DNA from: Pseudomonadota bacterium
GTDB taxonomy: Bacteria > UBA10199 > 2-02-FULL-44-16 > JBDRGF01
Length of the DNA stretch: 17,392 nt
Assembly: GCA_043818055.1 (NCBI GenBank)
Contig: JBDRGF010000015.1
Coordinates: 1-17,392, forward strand
Reading direction: 5' to 3'
The notes under the pieces are model-generated. The model had not been told where the DNA came from. It did not search any database and was given only the letters and a program-made list of their open reading frames with translations. Positions within the stretch are counted from its first letter, which is position 1. Every line of letters begins with the position of its first letter. This document shows, piece by piece, positions 15,935-17,392 of this stretch. Both the position numbers and the translations under genes were made by a program.

Positions 15935-17391
15935 CCTTTCGGTGTTAGAGGGATGGCTTTTGTTTTTTTCTTATTATCCTCTCCCAAGCCCTGCACCAGA
16001 TCCTCCCTGTGGTTCCTTATCACTTCGGCGATCTGTTTTCTTCTCCTCTTGCCAAAGTTATCCTCGATAAACTTATTCCGCTGTCCGACCTTCCTCTTGA
16101 ATATCTCTACAAAATCAGAAGGATCTTTTAAAATATTCGGTGTTATGAAGACCAGAAGGTTGCTCTTACTCTTTTGGGTCTCGGTGTACTGAAACAAGAG
16201 ACCAAGGACGGGTATATCCCCCAACAGAGGAACTTTGCTCTTCCCCTTCGTATTGATGTCCTGCATGAGTCCACCGAGCACCACAGTCTGACCATCCTGG
16301 GCAATCACAGTCGTCGTGATTTTTCTCTTCGTAGATGGCGCAGCACCGGTCAATTTGTCTGCCGGTGCAGTAAAATTTGACTGTTCATGATCTATCTTGA
16401 GACGCACCGTATCCCCCTCGTTGATCTGAGGTGTGATTTTTAAAGTAAGACCCGCTTCCAGAGGTGTCGGGCTAGTCGTCTGCACTCCTGTCGAAGTGAC
16501 GCTGGTCGATTGCGCATATATCTTGCTCGTCACAGAGATCTCCGCCTCCTCGTTATCGAGAGTCAGAAGATTCGGAGTCGATACGACATTCGATTCCGTA
16601 TTTGACTGAAGCAGATTCAAAAATGCCGAAAAGGAGGGTATCGTCGTTGTCGTCGTTCCACCTGAAGCGTTCGGAGTGTCAATCGTGACATTGTCACGCC
16701 CTAAAAGTCCTCCCAATAAACCCTGAGTGGCAAAAAAGCTCTGTGGCGCGAACAATCCGCTAAGCGCGCTGAGGCCGCTAAATCCCATACCACCAAAGCC
16801 AAGCATCGGACCACGCGCCAATCCACCGTGACCGCTCATGCCGTACTTGCCTCCGCTTTGCAGAGCGATCTCCATCACCACCGACTCCAAAAATACCTGG
16901 CGCCTTGGAATATCGAGTTTGTTGATCAGCTCGTTCACCAATATCTGGTAATCCTTCTCTGAAGCTGTGATGACCAGCGCGTTGGTCGTCTCATCAGCTC
17001 CCAGGCTCACGCCTCCCTCGAGCTGCGCAACAGCACCTGCCTTATCCTTGGCTCCCCCACCACCCCCTTTGGATGTGATAGAGGAAATAGTTGCGGCCAT
17101 GGTTTTAGCATCTGCATATTTCAGGTAATGAACGTGCAACTGACCACCGCCGGGGGCAGCCCTGTCAAGCTTCGCAATGATCTCTCTCACCTTCGGAATA
17201 CCACGTTTGCTTGCAATCACTATGAGTGAATTAGTTCTGTCATCGGCTATGATCTTGGATACATCCTGAAGATCCTCCTGCCCTGTCTTCTTTCTGCCGC
17301 CAGCCGCACCCGCTTCGAAGAGATTGAGGACCATCTGCGCCAGAGACTTCGCCTCCGCATATTTCACAGGGATGATCTCGACCACCTGCTG
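15928..17391 (-). CDS. gspD: Type II secretion system secretin GspD (5' partial, runs off the window)
   Basis: Secretin N domains (KYAEA, ADDRTNSLIV, HVHYLKYADA, ADETTNALVI), LDIPRRQVFLE, STPNLLTLDNEEA, GLTLKITPQINEG, GQTVVLGGL, KVPLLGDIPVLGLLF, NLLVFITP. Confidence 0.97.
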   Translation of the reverse strand, partial: QQVVEIIPVKYAEAKSLAQMVLNLFEAGAAGGRKKTGQEDLQDVSKIIADDRTNSLIVIASKRGIPKVREIIAKLDRAAPGGGQLHVHYLKYADAKTMAATISSITSKGGGGGAKDKAGAVAQLEGGVSLGADETTNALVITASEKDYQILVNELINKLDIPRRQVFLESVVMEIALQSGGKYGMSGHGGLARGPMLGFGGMGFSGLSALSGLFAPQSFFATQGLLGGLLGRDNVTIDTPNASGGTTTTTIPSFSAFLNLLQSNTESNVVSTPNLLTLDNEEAEISVTSKIYAQSTSVTSTGVQTTSPTPLEAGLTLKITPQINEGDTVRLKIDHEQSNFTAPADKLTGAAPSTKRKITTTVIAQDGQTVVLGGLMQDINTKGKSKVPLLGDIPVLGLLFQYTETQKSKSNLLVFITPNILKDPSDFVEIFKRKVGQRNKFIEDNFGKRRRKQIAEVIRNHREDLVQGLGEDNKKKTKAIPLTPKGN

Positions 17392-17392
17392 C

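Noticed and set aside
9663..16380. Remaining short + strand ORFs and 11848-12078 (-) within gsp genes
   Set aside because: They overlap confidently assigned gsp genes and show no independent coding evidence.

Overview
Bacterial chromosomal window, probably from a delta-proteobacterial-type lineage (inferred from the gspDEFGHIJKLMN gene order and the PilM-like GspL). On the + strand are the 3' end of ruvA, ruvB and an FtsB/DivIC-like gene. They converge on a large - strand type II secretion operon (gspD partial, E, F, G, H, I, J, K ... L, M, N). A ~4.2 kb AT-richer insert splits the operon between gspK and gspL. It carries an intact AAA_14/DUF4143-type ATPase-nuclease, a deleted and frameshifted paralogue, and a probably frameshifted orphan gene. 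Most non-overlapping gene junctions hold a different small structured element: two 107-bp MITE-like copies, each inserted at the TA of a TAG stop codon; four inverted arrays of 7-8-nt tandem repeats; GTAG-type REP palindromes; and a nested inverted-repeat element. Both ATPase genes are preceded by repeats with a 33-bp period.
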